Positions 9,668-22,770 of a stretch of DNA of 59,244 nucleotides are shown in pieces. This DNA is from Malacoraja senta (lineage: Eukaryota): positions 1 to 59,244 of the forward strand of contig JAXLNO010000568.1 in NCBI GenBank assembly GCA_038087875.1, read 5' to 3'. Position numbers and translations under genes: made by a program. Numbering within the stretch: position 1 is the first letter of the stretch; each line of letters begins with the position of its first letter. The notes beneath the pieces are model-generated. The model was given only the letters and a program-made list of their open reading frames with translations, was not told the DNA's origin and searched no databases.

Positions 9668-12600
9668 TTCTTAATATAAGAAAGGTACTGTTTTTGGGTG
9701 CTCTTCCTCCAGGCTGCCGTAAGCATGTCCACAGTATGCTCAGACAGTCCTCGTCCCAGAAAAGGCATTCTTAAAACCTGCAAATCAACAAATCCAAACA
9801 ATCATATAATGGATGTTGTTCCCCTGTACAGGGTGCAGCAATAAATTACTCTTTTTTGGGACTTTCATCAACATTTGTGTTGTTAATTCTAATATCAACG
9901 GATACCATGGCTGTGTAGGCCAAACTGGTACTACCAATACCCTTGAAGCAGCATCTTGCCTGATTTTAAGCAAACATTGGCTTATGAGGCAGAAAGGTGG
10001 AAATATATATGAAAACATACCACCCCAATGTAGCGAGAAAGCATCAATCGCCACTGCTCCTGGATCTGGTTTCCATGAGATATCTCGATAGCTGATGATT
10101 CAAGTTGATGTCGGTCATTCCAAATCTGATTACTATATCATTGAATACCTCTTGATTCAACATCCATTCTTTATTATCATGGAACTTTCGTGACCTGGTG
10201 TCTGCTATCGTGTTCATTCTATCTGGTAGACAGTTAGCTGAAATCCAAATGTTCTTTTCAATACACCAAGACCCAAGTTGATTTAACCATTTTGTCACAT
10301 GACACTGACTTAATTCCACCCATATCATTAATATAGGCAACTACTGTTGTTGTTTATTAATTTGAATTTGAACCTTCCTTTTAGTTGTGTTAGAACCATA
10401 AGCTTGGAGTCCATAGAAACCTAAAAGCTCCAAATAGGTAATTCCCCATGTCTGCAGTAACACTAATTCTTCCTGATTCCATCTGCCTCTGCAGCTCGAT
10501 GTTAAGTCAGTTGCACCCCATCCTAGTGCACTGGCATCAGTTTGTAATATCATGGAAGGTTGTTCAATCAGCACTTTGCCTGAACTGCTTGAGACATGTA
10601 GAATCCACCACTGCAGATTAGAAACAGCATTTGTTGTTACTTGCATGGTTCTATCAAAATGACCAGCACTTACTCTCAGTGCCTGTTCTTTGATTCTCTG
10701 CAGCTGTTGATAATGTAATGGTCCATACTGGACTGCTGGGAATCTACTAATTTTCCCAGTACTCGAGTCACCTGTCTGATTAGAGGTTTTTGCTCGTTTA
10801 ACAGATTACTGCAATCTTTAATCAACTCCACCCTTTTTTCACTGGGCAAAGTAATTTGTATTTGGGCTAAATCAATTGTGAACCCCAAATAATCAATCGA
10901 GGTACATGTTTTTAACCTTGATTTCTTTGGATGAATTTAGAAACCCCCAAACTTTCAAAAGTTTGATTTTATAACTGCAACCGATGCTTCTGTTGACTGT
11001 TTTGTCCTTCCTATAATCAGGACATCATCCAGGTATGCCATTAGTACATGCCCCTGGCTCTCAGCAACCCCAGAATTGATTTAAACAATTTTATGAATAT
11101 TCTGGGAGGGAACGTTAACCCATTAGGCAGAGCTTTGAACTGCCCTAATTGGTTCATCCATGTAAATTTAAGATACTTCATATCTTGCAAGTGAACAGAC
11201 ACTGAACAAAAGGATTCAGACTTGTCAAGTCTATAATAATCCTACATCCTCCATCCTTTTTTGATCGAGGGAATATATTTGACCCAAATTGGTGAATTTG
11301 GTAGACTGATTCTTCAATAACACCTTTTATATATAGGGTTTTGAAGCGCAACTTGAACCTCCATTACTTCGCAAAGTGGAGAGTTCTGCTAGGAACATGC
11401 TGGACAGGCAAATCATAATTTGGATTGAATTCAATTCGAAATCCTTGTATATTATTCAGAATTACCACATCTGAAGTAATCTTCTTCCAATGTTTATAGA
11501 AGAGACGTAATCTGCCTCCAACTTTTGGACTTAATCCAGTTAGTATGTTCCCCTGAGAACCAGGTGCACCTACCTCTTGAGTCGTTTGAGTATTCTGAGA
11601 TCCCTGGATTCTCCCGGAAGCACCACCACTGGTCCTTACTCCCGCTGCAGGCCGCCAGCTACGTCCCTGCGTTGATGAGCGACTTGGTCCTGGTCTAGGA
11701 TCCGTATGACGTCTGAAAGGATACTTCCTCTTTACAGACTTTGCAACCATTGATGTTTTTATCAATCCTGTTTTCGCTTCATCTTCCAACTCTTTAATAC
11801 GTCTCCCGAGATCCTCTCCAAAGAGTAAGTTGGGTAATTGTATATTACTTGGTTTGCAGAGTGCTGCGAATTTTGGATTCATAGTAGGCCGTATAGCACT
11901 TTCCTCAGATAATTGATCTCGAAGTGGGTGCTGCATAGCAACCCCAGTGCTTCCTGATGCAACTTCGTCATCTCTTGGCTGTTACCTGCTATTCTGGTAA
12001 AAGCAGTTATTCCAGAACCCGGCAGCTTTTATATTCTCTGCAACTGATTCCAGATAATTTGGTTCACTGCTGCTGCTTTCAGCAACCCACAGTTACTTGG
12101 GGTCTCCTGCTTTCTTGCAGTCTCATCCATCTCCTGCTGTTCCAGCTGATGGTAAACCAAGTAATTTATTAAGGAGGCCAGTTCTTCTCCTAATGGCTCT
12201 CCTGACCCTGACGGGGCAGCGAATCCTACTGCCAGGGTGGAACATCTGGCAGCTGCCGTTCATCGCCTTGTACAGCCTCACCGTCAGAGTCGGGGTCTGA
12301 AATCTCATGACCCGTAGCACGCTCCTCATCCCTGAGGGTGCATTCCATCAGCCCTGAGCCAGGTGCTGTTAAGCTGCTTCCTGCAGCTTGGATTACAGTA
12401 CACTCCTTCCTGAGTGAACTTTGCTCCAACAACCTATGGAAAAGGCTTTCTATTTGGGCAATACGCTCGAAAGCAGTATCTAGCCCTGGAGCTACTTCCA
12501 TTGCCTGGGACTCCCTCTGTGGGCCGTTGGGATTTAAACTTTGTCTTTTGCCTGACAGGTGCTGACTGTGTTTTCACCAGCCCCAGGTCCACAGTCGCTA

Positions 12601-12934
12601 TGCTCACCGCTGGCGACTGTACCGGGGTTTAGAGGCGGTTGGTCTCTAACCGCAGACTCCCGACTTTCCCGACTTTCTGTCGGCTGTGTCGCTCGCCTCT
12701 TCCCCCTGCCCGTTTTTTCCATGGCGTCTGTGGAAAAAATCCCCATCGACCCACAGTAAACGGACCTGAAAAACACGAAAAAAGTTTCTACTTACCTTGT
12801 AGTTGAAAAACTACAAACCACTGGAGGAGCTCTGCTCCTCACGTCCGTTTGCGTCAAGGTGTCTGACGTAATGATGCACAGGCGCACTGGCGGGGTACTT
12901 CACATAGTCACTCACGTGACTCCGAAGTAAAATA

Positions 12935-13872
12935 CACCCCTATAAGTGTTGCTACACCTTTCCCATTTCTCAGTTCCACCCAAATAGCCTCCTTAGATGA
13001 GCCCTCTAATCTATCCTGCCAAAGCACGGCTGTAATATCTTCCCTGACAAGCAATGCAACACCTCCACCTCTTGCCCCTCCAATTCTATCACACCTGAAG
13101 CAATGAAATCCTGGAATATTTAGTTTCCAATCACAGCCATCCTGCAACCATGTTTCACTAATCGCCACAACATCATACTTCCAGGTGTCAATCCAGGCTC
13201 TAAGCTCATCCACCTTTCTTACAATGCTCCTAGCATTAAAATAGACACATTTAAGAAACCCACCACCTTTTATTCTCTGTTTATTATCTTTTTCTTCTTT
13301 CTCCCCTACATGTTGGGTCTGAGTGCTTTCCTTCTCTGCCTCCTGCCTCACACACTGTCTACTAGCTTTCTCTATTTGAGTCCCTCCCCCCAGCCATTCT
13401 AGTTTAAAGTCTCCCCAGTAGCCTTTGCAAATCTCCCCGCCAGGATATTGGTTCCCCTCGGGTTCAAGTGCAACCCGTCCTTTTTGTACAGGTCACACCT
13501 TCCCCAAAAGAGGTCCCAATGATCCAGAAACTTGAATCCCTGCCCTCTGCACCAGTCCCTCAGCCACAAATTTATCCTCCACCTCACTCCATTCCTACTC
13601 TCACTGTCGCGTGGCACAGGCAGTAATCCTGAGATTGTTACTTTTGCGGTCCTTCTGCTTAACTCTCTTCCTAACTCCCTAAATTCTCCTTTCAGGACCT
13701 CTTCCCTTTTTCTACCTATGTCATTGGTACCTATATGTACCATGACCTCAGGCTCCTCTCCCTCCCATTTCAGGATATCTTGGACACGTTCAGACACATC
13801 CCAGACCCTGGCACCAGGGAGGCAAACTACCATCCGGGTCTCCTGACTGCGTCCACAGAATCGCCTATCTGA
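12935..13872 (-). mobile_element. CR1 LINE 5' part (ORF1 SGNH esterase and start of ORF2 APE endonuclease), cut by the DIRS
   Basis: CLPGARV..HIGTNDIG..DGLHLN; then YFNARSI..YDVVAISETWL..GGGVALL, ending at LIGVY against the DIRS terminus. Confidence 0.92.
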
Positions 13873-14292
13873 TCCTTAGTGGGCAAGGAGAACAAAACAG
13901 CACACAAGGGGTGGTCTCAGGAATATCCTGTAATATGGCAACAAGACATCTTGTTACTGTGCTCAAAAACTCCAGAAGAGAAGACTAACAAATATCACTT
14001 GCCTACTTACTGCATGCTGCATCACATGTCTGCTTTCAGTGATTAGTGCACAAAGACGCAGATATCTTTATCAATATTTCTGAATCAATCACAATTCCTA
14101 TAGTTCCCAGTCTTTCTGTTTATCCACAATATTATGGATAGGAAATGAATGGACATGGGTTAGGTGCAGGCAGTTGGGACTGGCTCAGATACACAACTTG
14201 GTCAGCATGTATGCATTGGGCCAATGGGCCTATTTCCATGCTGTACAGCTCTATGACTCTATGCTGCATCTGTGTGTATATTTGGACATCAG

Positions 14293-15975
14293 CTCAACTG
14301 ACTGGGAGGAGCTGGCCAAAGTTGACTGGAAAGATACACTAGCAGGGATGACAGTGGAACAAAAATGGCAGGTGTTTCTAGGAATAATACAGAAGGTGCA
14401 GGATTAGTTCATTCCTAGCAGGAAGAAAGATACCAAGGGGAGTAAGGGACCACCATAGCTGACAAGGCATGTCAGGGACAGTATAAAAATTAAAGCGAAG
14501 AAGTACAACGTAGCAAAGATGAGCGGGAAGCAAGAGGATTGGGTAATGTTTAAAGAACAACAGAAGATAACCAAAAAGACAATACGGGGAGAAAAGATGA
14601 GGTACGAGGGTAAGCTAGCCAAGAATATAAAGCAGGATAGTTAAAGCTTCTTTAGGTATGTGAAGAGGAAAAATTAGTTAAGACCAAAGTTGGACCCTTG
14701 TAGACTGAAAAAGGTGAATTTATTATGGGGAACAAGGAAATGGCAGATGAGTTGAACAGGTACTTTGGATCTGTCTTTACTAAGGAGGACACAAACAATC
14801 TTCCTGATATAGTAGTGGCCAGAGTATCTGGGGTGACAGAGGAACTGAAGGAAATCCACATTAGGCAGGAAATGGTGTTGGATAGACTGATGGGACTGAA
14901 GGTTGATAAATACCCAGGGCCTGATGGTCTGCATCCCAGGGTACTTAAGGAAGTGGCTCTAGAAATCGTGGATACATTGGTGGTAATTTTCCAATGTTCT
15001 ATAGACTCAGGATCAGTTCCTGTGGATTGGAGGGTAGCTAATGTTATCCCACTTTTTAAGAAAGGCGGGAGCGAGAAAACAGGGAATTATAGACCAGTTA
15101 GCCTGACATCGGTGGTGGGGAAGATGCTGGAGTCAATTATGAAAGATGAAATAGCCGCACATTTGGATAGCAGTAACAGGATCGGTCCGAGTCAGCATGG
15201 ATTTACGAAGGGGAAATCATGCTTGACTAATCTTCTGGAATTTTTTGAAGATGTAACGAGGAAAATGGACAAGGGAGAGCCAGTGGATGTAGTGTACCTG
15301 GACTTTCAGAAAGCATTTGAAAAGGTCCCACATAGGAGATTAGTGGGCAAAATTAGGGCACATGGTATTGGGGGTAGAGTGCTGACATGGATAGAGAAGT
15401 GTTTGGCAGACAGGAAACAAAGAGTAGGGATTAACGGGTCCCTTTCAGAATGGCAGGCAGTGACTAGTTGGGTACCGCAAGGCTCGGTGCTGGGACCGCA
15501 GCTATTTACAATATACATCAATGATTTGGATGAAGTGATTCAAAGTAACATTAGCAAATTTGCAGATGACACAAAGCTGGGTGGCAGTGTGAACTGTGAG
15601 GAGGATGCTATGAGAATGCAGGGTGACTTGGACAGGTTGGGGGAGTGGGCTGATGCATGGCAGATGAAGTTTAATGCAGATTACTATCTAAATGGCGTCA
15701 AGTTGGGAAAAGGGGTAGTACAACGGGATCTGGAGGTCCTTGTTCATCAGTCTATGAAAGTAAGCATGTAGGTAGAGCAGGCAGTGAAGAAAGCAAATGG
15801 CATGTTGGCCTTTATAACAAGAGGAGTTGAATATAGGAGCAAAGAGATCCTTCTGCAGTTGTACAGAGCCCTAGTGAGACCACACCTGGAGTATTGTGTG
15901 CAGTTTTGATCCCCTAATTTAAGGAAGGACATTCTTGCTATTGAGGGAATGCAGCGTAGGTTTACAAGGTTAATT
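14293..15975 (+). mobile_element. CR1 LINE ORF2 (RT) fragment
   Basis: ORF 14725..15771: NYRPVSLTS, YLDFQKAF, VPQGSVLGP, KFADDTK. Confidence 0.95.
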
Positions 15976-16734
15976 TGACACCATTTAGATAGTAATCTGC
16001 CTTCCTGTTTTTGCTACCAAAGTGGATAACCTCACATTTATCCGCATTAAACTTCATCTGCCATGCATCCGCCCACTCCCCCAACCTGTCCAAGTCACCC
16101 TGCATTCTCATAGCATCCTCCTCACAGTTCACACTGCCACCCAGCTTTGAATCATCTGCAAATTTGCTAATGTTACTTTGAATCCCTTCATCCAAATCAT
16201 TGATGTATATTGTAAATAGTTGCGGTCCCAGCACCGAGCTTGCCGTACCCCACTAGTCACTACCTGCCATTCTGAAAGGGACCCGCTAATCCCTATTCTT
16301 TGTTTCCTGTCTGCCAACCACTTCTCTATCCATGTCAGAACTCTACCCCCAATACCATGTGCCTTAATTTTGCCCACTAATCTCCTATGTGGGACCTTAT
16401 CAAATGCTTTCTGAAAGTCCAGGTACACTACATCCACTGGCTCTCGCTTGACCATTTTCCTAGTTACATCCTCAAAAAATTCCAGAAGATTTAGTCAAGC
16501 ATGATTTCCCCTTCGTAAATCCATGCTGACTCGGACCGATCCTGTTACTGCTATCCAAATGTTCGGCTATTTCATCTTTCATAATTGACTCCAGCATCTT
16601 CCCCACCACCGATGTCAGGCTAACTGGTCTATAATCCCCTGTTTTCTCTCTCCCGCCTTTCTTAAAAAGTGGGATAACATTAGCTACCCTCCAATCCACA
16701 GGAACTGATCCTGAATCTATTGAACATTGGAAAA
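15976..16734 (-). mobile_element. CR1 LINE ORF2 (RT) fragment, inverted against the preceding copy
   Basis: Minus-strand ORFs with YRPVSLTS, YLDFQKAFDKVPH, KFADDSK; junction ...aggttaatt|tgacacc. Confidence 0.93.
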
Positions 16735-18309
16735 AAAATAGAATCATTTGAAAGAATAATAACATTAGCTTTATTCATTGGAAAGAATAAAATGAATTTG
16801 AATAGTCAAGAGAAACACCGCTATTTTAGATTTTAATCAGTCGGATGTAGCAAAAACAATGACATTTGTTCCCTTTTTAGTGAAGACCATCATTTTAATA
16901 GGAGAACACATTTCACAATAAAATTTGAAGAAGTACATCAGTTTTGCAAACTACATTTCAATCATTTAATCCCGTTCATTTAATCCACTATTACCAATGA
17001 AGAATAATGTCTGAAGTTTACTGACCTTCTGCAGAGGAACTTGTGTGGAATTCTGGAGAAGCAGCAACGTGGCTTTGAGCCCAGCACAGGACACGCTGAG
17101 GTTCCCTCACACTGCACAGTAACTGACACTGCCTCTTGTCAAACTAAACGACACTCCCCCTCCAGCTCAGGTTTCCGGCACCACTGGTGTTGATACAAAT
17201 GGGTTCAGATATAGAATTATACCACAAATAAAGATTCCATCTGGAATCGAACTTGCACCTTTGCGATTTTGAACATTTCGAATGGATCTCAAATGGGAGA
17301 GCTCCAGGTGCTTTGCTGCAACCTGCTGGGCCTGATGTTCCACGAGAGAGTACATGCAATCCAGGGAGGTCCTGCCATTTCATGATGAAAAAACCTCCAT
17401 AGAGGGTTGTGTTCATTAAACATGATGGCAATTCCATTGCACCCATTAGGATAAACTGAACCATTCCCGGAGAGAGGATTGGCCCTGGTGAAAGGAGAAA
17501 TAACATACTGTTTCCTCACTTGCCTCTTCATGGGAAGGAGCCCACAGATTTCACCATGGGAAGCTTTCACTGTCCTAATGAATGCCCACCATTATTGGTC
17601 AGCTGAGCAAAATCTCGAATGACATTAAAAGAAGCAAGAGTACAGAGTGTACACTGGGTGTGGACCTCAGCATCCATCATTGGGAGTGGCTTGGTCACAC
17701 GACCACTCACTGAGATGGCTGAACCCTGAAGGATGTGTCTGCCAGGCTCTTTCTACAGCAGGTAGAGAATGAGCCAACACAAGGGATTGACCTACTTGAC
17801 CTCCTCCTCTCCTGTCCACCTGCAACAGGTGAATCTGTTGACCATGGCTTTGGCAGAAATCAGAAGACCGTTGCACAGTTCTCATAGAGGACAATGTTTT
17901 GTCATTACACCAAAGTCATCCCATATTGCTCTGACTGGCACAACAGATTTTGATGTCATCTTCCCAAAGGAGCTGCAGAGGCTGAGATATTGACTATGTT
18001 CAAGGTAGAGGATGATTGACTATAAACTCAACAGAAGTCAGGAGGCGTGGGGAAAGTGGGAAGGTGGTGTTGAGACCAATATTGGATCAGCTGTATGGGC
18101 CTGAAAAATTGTGCTCCCTCAGACTTTATTCCTTGGAGTGCAGGAGGCTGAGATAGTTGAATTATTGAGGGGAATAGATAGGCTGAATGAACAGAGCCTT
18201 TTACCCAGTGTGGGGGTATCAAGAACCAGAGGACACGGGTTTGAGGTGAGATGATAAGGTTTAATATGAACATGAAGGGCATCCTTTACATTCAAAGGAT
18301 AAAGGATTC

Positions 18310-18930
18310 AAACAAGAGGAGTTGAGTATAGAAGCAAAGAGGTCCTTCTGCAGTTGTACAAGGCCCTAGTGAGACCACACCTGGAGTATTGTGTGCAGTT
18401 TTGGTCCCCTAATATGAGGAAGGACATTCTTGCTATTGAGGGAGTGCAGCGTAGGTTTACAAGGTTAATTCCCGGGATGACGGGACTGTCATATGCTGAG
18501 AGAATGGAGCGGCTGGGCTTGTATACTCTGGAATTTAGAAGGATGAGAGGGTATCACATTGAAACATATAAGATTATTAAGGGTTTGGACAAGCTAGAGG
18601 CAGGAAATATGTTCCTGATGTTGGGAGAGTCCAGAACCAGGGACCACAGTTTAAGAATAAGGGGCAAGCCATTTAGAACGGGGATGAAGAAACACTTTTT
18701 CACACAGAGGGTAGTGAATATGTGGAATTCTCTGCCTCAGAGGGCGGTGGAGTCCGGTTCACTGGATGCTTTCAAGAGAGAGCTAGATCGGGCTCTTGAA
18801 GATAGTAGAGTCAGGGGATATGGGCAGAAGGCAGGAACAGGGTACTGATTGTGGATGATCAGCCATGATCACATTGAATGCTGGTGCTGGCTTGAAGGAC
18901 CGTATGGCCTACTCCTGCACCTATTGTCTA
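18310..18930 (+). mobile_element. CR1 LINE 3' fragment
   Basis: [18 protein letters not shown]...KAGTGY* plus 3' UTR; mirrored at 28345-28960. Confidence 0.92.
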
Positions 18931-20092
18931 TAAAGGGTAGTAGGTATATGTGATGAGCTGCCAGAGGAGGTAGTTGAAGCAAGTACTAACATTGCAATTA
19001 AAAGACACTTGAACAGGTTAATGGAAAGGAAATGTTTCGAGGGATATGGGGCAAATGGAACTAAGTTTGATGAGGAAACTAGGTCAGCATTGACTTGTTG
19101 CAGCTGTTTCTGTGCTGTACGACTCTGTGGTTCCATGACTCTGACTAAGTCCTGATAGCTGTGTGAGAGCATCTTCACCAAAAGTATTGCAGAGCTTCAA
19201 GAAGGCAGCTCACCACCATCTTCTCCAAGGTAGTTAGGGATGGATAATAAATATTGACTTTGATGCTGATATTAGTAAAAACTAATTGGAATAAATTTTC
19301 TCCTTTGCACCATACTGTAGATTATCTGCCACAATTTATCCCAATCACTGACAAACACAGATACTTGAGCTTCTCTGTCTTTTAGTTACTATCCTTATAA
19401 TAAATGCATCCTCAGCACACACAGATATGTTCTGTTCTCACGTATTTAAAAAAAATTACACAAATAGAATTATAAGGAATTACTTTTAAATGTAAAGGGT
19501 AAATAGAGAAGTTATATCTGAAGATAACATCAGCGTAAAAGAGGAAGGATCTGTGTTAGGCCATGTTTACACTTGTTTAGGATGTGGGCCTCACTGCTCA
19601 GGCTTCCAGTTTTAGCCCATGAGGATGTGAACATCCTTACGTAGCCAGTGAATGATGCTCCCACTGTGCTCTTGATAGGAATGAAGGAACAGCAATGGAT
19701 TTCCAAGTCATGACTGGAGAGGCACCCACAGCATGTGGTGATCCCATGGGCCTGTTGCCATTGTCTTTCTTGGTTGATGGGATCACTGATATGAGAAGTG
19801 TTATTGAAGTAGCCTTGGCAATGAACATTGAGACACCTTGCGGTGGTTAATTGAGACCGAGATCACTGTACAGAAGTGGTGGAAACAAAGAAGATTACAG
19901 TAGTAGATGGGGACATGCTATGTCCTGGATGATGTTGTGCTTCTTCAGTATCACTGGAGTAACATTCATCAAGGCATTGCACCCTCCTGAATTGGGCCTT
20001 GCCGCTGATGGAGAGGTTTTGTGGTGTCAGGAATTGGGCCTTGCTGCTGATGGAGAGGTTTTGTGGTGTCGGGAATTGCTTGCCCCATGATA

Positions 20093-22068
20093 TTGAAATT
20101 CTGGAAAACCATTAAATCAATAACTGGAAATAAAAATGTTATTGAGCTACCTCCATGCATTGTCAAAGACTCTACCCAAATTTATGAAAAGGCTGACATG
20201 CTTGGTTGTTTTAATGAGCATTTCATTGCCTCTGGTTCACTTTTCAACTCTCAAGACACAGCTCAAGGCTCCTCTGCTTGCTCTGATAGTAGTTGTTTTT
20301 TGAGGGACAAGCCTTTACTTTTGACGCTGTTACACTTTCAGAGGTGCATAAGGCCCTGATATGTTTAGACACAAAAAAATCGGCAGGTCCAGACAACCTT
20401 GAGCCTTACTTCCTAAAGTTAGCCGCTGATTTTATTGCATTGCCTCTGACTTATCTTTTTAATCTATCCCTGGAGACAAACGAAATTCCCCTTATTTGGA
20501 AATCTGCCTTTGTTCTCCCACTGTTAAAAGGGGGGGGACCCCACTGTGCTAAACAACTATAGGCCCATCTCCAAACTGTCTGTTTTAATTAAGGTGCTGG
20601 AATCCATTGTAAACCAGCAACTGAAGGACTTTTTTTATCAACTAACAGTATTTTATCTGAATTTCAATCTGGTTTTAGGAAAAAATATAGTACGTCAACA
20701 GCTGCTTTAAAAGTAGTAAATGATTTTATTGAATTTTTAGACAATAAGCAACACTGTGCAGCCCTTTTCGTTGACCTATCAAAGGCTTTCGATACTGTGG
20801 ATCATGCCTTATTGTTACAAAGACTATGCAGCATCGGTTTGTCTCATCAAGCTGTCTGTTGGTTTAAAAACTATCTATCAGGCAGATCCCAGTGTGTGCG
20901 AGCAGAAGGTATTACTTCTAGCTCTCTTAATGTATCCAAGGGTGTGCCACAGGGATCGGTTCTAGGACCTTTATTATTTACTATTTATATTAATAGTCTA
21001 GATCATAAAGCTCCGAACGCAAATTTTCACTTTTATGCTGACGACACAGTGATATATTGCTCTGCGTCTACCCCAAATCAGGCTCTCTGTCAGCACCAAA
21101 CTGCTTTTAACACTGTGCAACATAACCTGTGTGATTTAAAACTTGTTTTAAATGCTGACAAGACAAAGCTCATGCTGTTCACTAAAGCTAAATCAAAGCC
21201 CTCGGACCTCCCTCCTATCACCACTTTGCAGGGCTCTGTGGTTGAATCTGTGTCTCAATATAAATATCTGGGAATTATAATTGACGATTCTCTCTCTTTT
21301 AAACCTCATATCCAGCAACTTGTGAAAAAAACGAAAGATAAAATTAGGTTTTTACTTTAGAAACAAATCTTGTTTTTCTTTTGAAGTCAAAAAAAGACTT
21401 GTTGCTGCAACGTTTATGTCTGTGTTGGACTATGGTGATGTTTTATATATGAATGCATCTTCAAAATGCCTAGTCTTTGGACACGATCTACCACGGAGCA
21501 CTGAGATTTGTTACTAATTTTAAAACCCTCACGCACCACTGCTCTTTGTATGCTCAAGTTGGATGGTTTGCCCTGTCAACCCGCAGACTCCATCATTGGC
21601 ATATTCTTATTTATAACACTATCCTCGGTGTTCTTCCTTCATACCTGCAGAAGTATGTAATTCGAAAAAGCACAGGAACTTATCAGCTCCGCTCTGAGGA
21701 CTTGTTCTTACTAACTGTACCTAAAGTCCGTACTGAACTGGGGAAAAGGGCATTTAGTTATGCTGCTCCCTTCGCATGGAACCTGCTGCAGAATGAACTG
21801 AAACTTAAGGAGCTGGTTTCTATAAACAGATTTAAATCCCTTCTTAATGATGTTGAAGCGGGCTCTTCTGTCTGTACATGCTTTGTTTGATGATATTCTG
21901 ACTGTGACTCTATTTATATGTTCTCTGTTGTTTTTAAATTATTGTCTGTAACTGTGGAACTGTGCTGCTGCCTGTCTTGGCCAGGACTCTCTTGTAAAAG
22001 AGATTTTTAATCTCAATGAGACTTCTTCTGGTTAAATAAAGGTTAAATAAAAATAAAAAATAAAAAAA
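20093..22068 (+). mobile_element. L2/CR1-group LINE, 5'-truncated, left arm only
   Basis: GPDNLEP, NYRPIS, DLSKAFDTVDH, GVPQGSVLGP, FYADDTVIY; ends ctggttaaataaaggttaaataaaaataaaa. The empty site is visible at about 26010-26020. Confidence 0.9.
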
Positions 22069-22557
22069 ATAACAAGAAATGAATCACCTTTCATTTATCG
22101 ATACTGCTTCTTAATGCTGCAACTCCCTACCTAGTATAACTGTGGGAGTACTTTCACCGGAAGGAATGGAAAGGTTTAGGAAAGCAATCTACCACTGTCT
22201 TGAGTACAATTAACAATGGGGGAAAACCACTAACCTTGACAGTGATGCTCAAATTGTCGAGAATAACTGAATGAGTAAAGAAATGCTTCACAAGTGAAAT
22301 CAAGTACACCTGGATTAATGATATTCAAATACTTACAAATACTTTATAATTTTGGAGGTTCCACAACACTTGTAAAGGGAGCAGTGTCAATAGAACCTCT
22401 TCTCAATCTCTCTTAAATCCCCACTACCCAGCTTCCTAACAATCTCAACCTTTTCTTTACTTTTGTCAAAATCCACAGAGTGAAATTGTTCAGTTTAAAA
22501 TTATCCAAGTTTCTCCTCTCCCTCTAGTGACTAACCTCATGTTCCCATATCTCACCT

Positions 22558-22770
22558 GACATAGAAACAGAGAAACATAGACAATAGGTACAGGAGTCGG
22601 CCATTCAGCCCTTCGAGCCAGCACCGCCATTCATTCTGATCATGGCTGATCATCCACAATCAGTTGCCTGTTCCTGCCTTCTCCCCATATCCCTTGATTC
22701 CGCTAGCCCCTAGAGCTCTATCTAACTCTCTTTGAAATTCATCCAGTGAAATGGCATCTACTGTCTTCTG
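22558..22770 (-). mobile_element. CR1 LINE short 3' fragment
   Basis: Same 3' UTR and tail as other CR1 copies; mirrored at about 25315-25525. Confidence 0.85.

Larger units (their letters stand above)
6774..12934 (-). mobile_element. DIRS tyrosine-recombinase retrotransposon, degenerate, 3' 1517 bp duplicated
   Basis: In order on the minus strand: gag-like (LLFGEDLG), RT (VGGRL..F...W; AYLDDVLII near 11013-11039), RNase H (QTDASALGWGA), methyltransferase-like (DAFSLHW..YIFPPF..VPVWPTQPWYP), YR (HSTRAA..AAGWS..FQHFY). ITR and ICR termini are present. Confidence 0.93.

Noticed and set aside
9785..10054. Methyltransferase-like ORF plus recombinase as a bacterial or phage module
   Set aside because: Both are standard DIRS components and lie in the expected order between the DIRS termini.
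17026..17484. Faint resemblance of the orphan exon to the N-terminus of ADGRB/BAI receptors (LYGxF, LYLxxN, FDK)
   Set aside because: Motif spacing disagrees and the CSWTLENPDP core is absent; likely chance.
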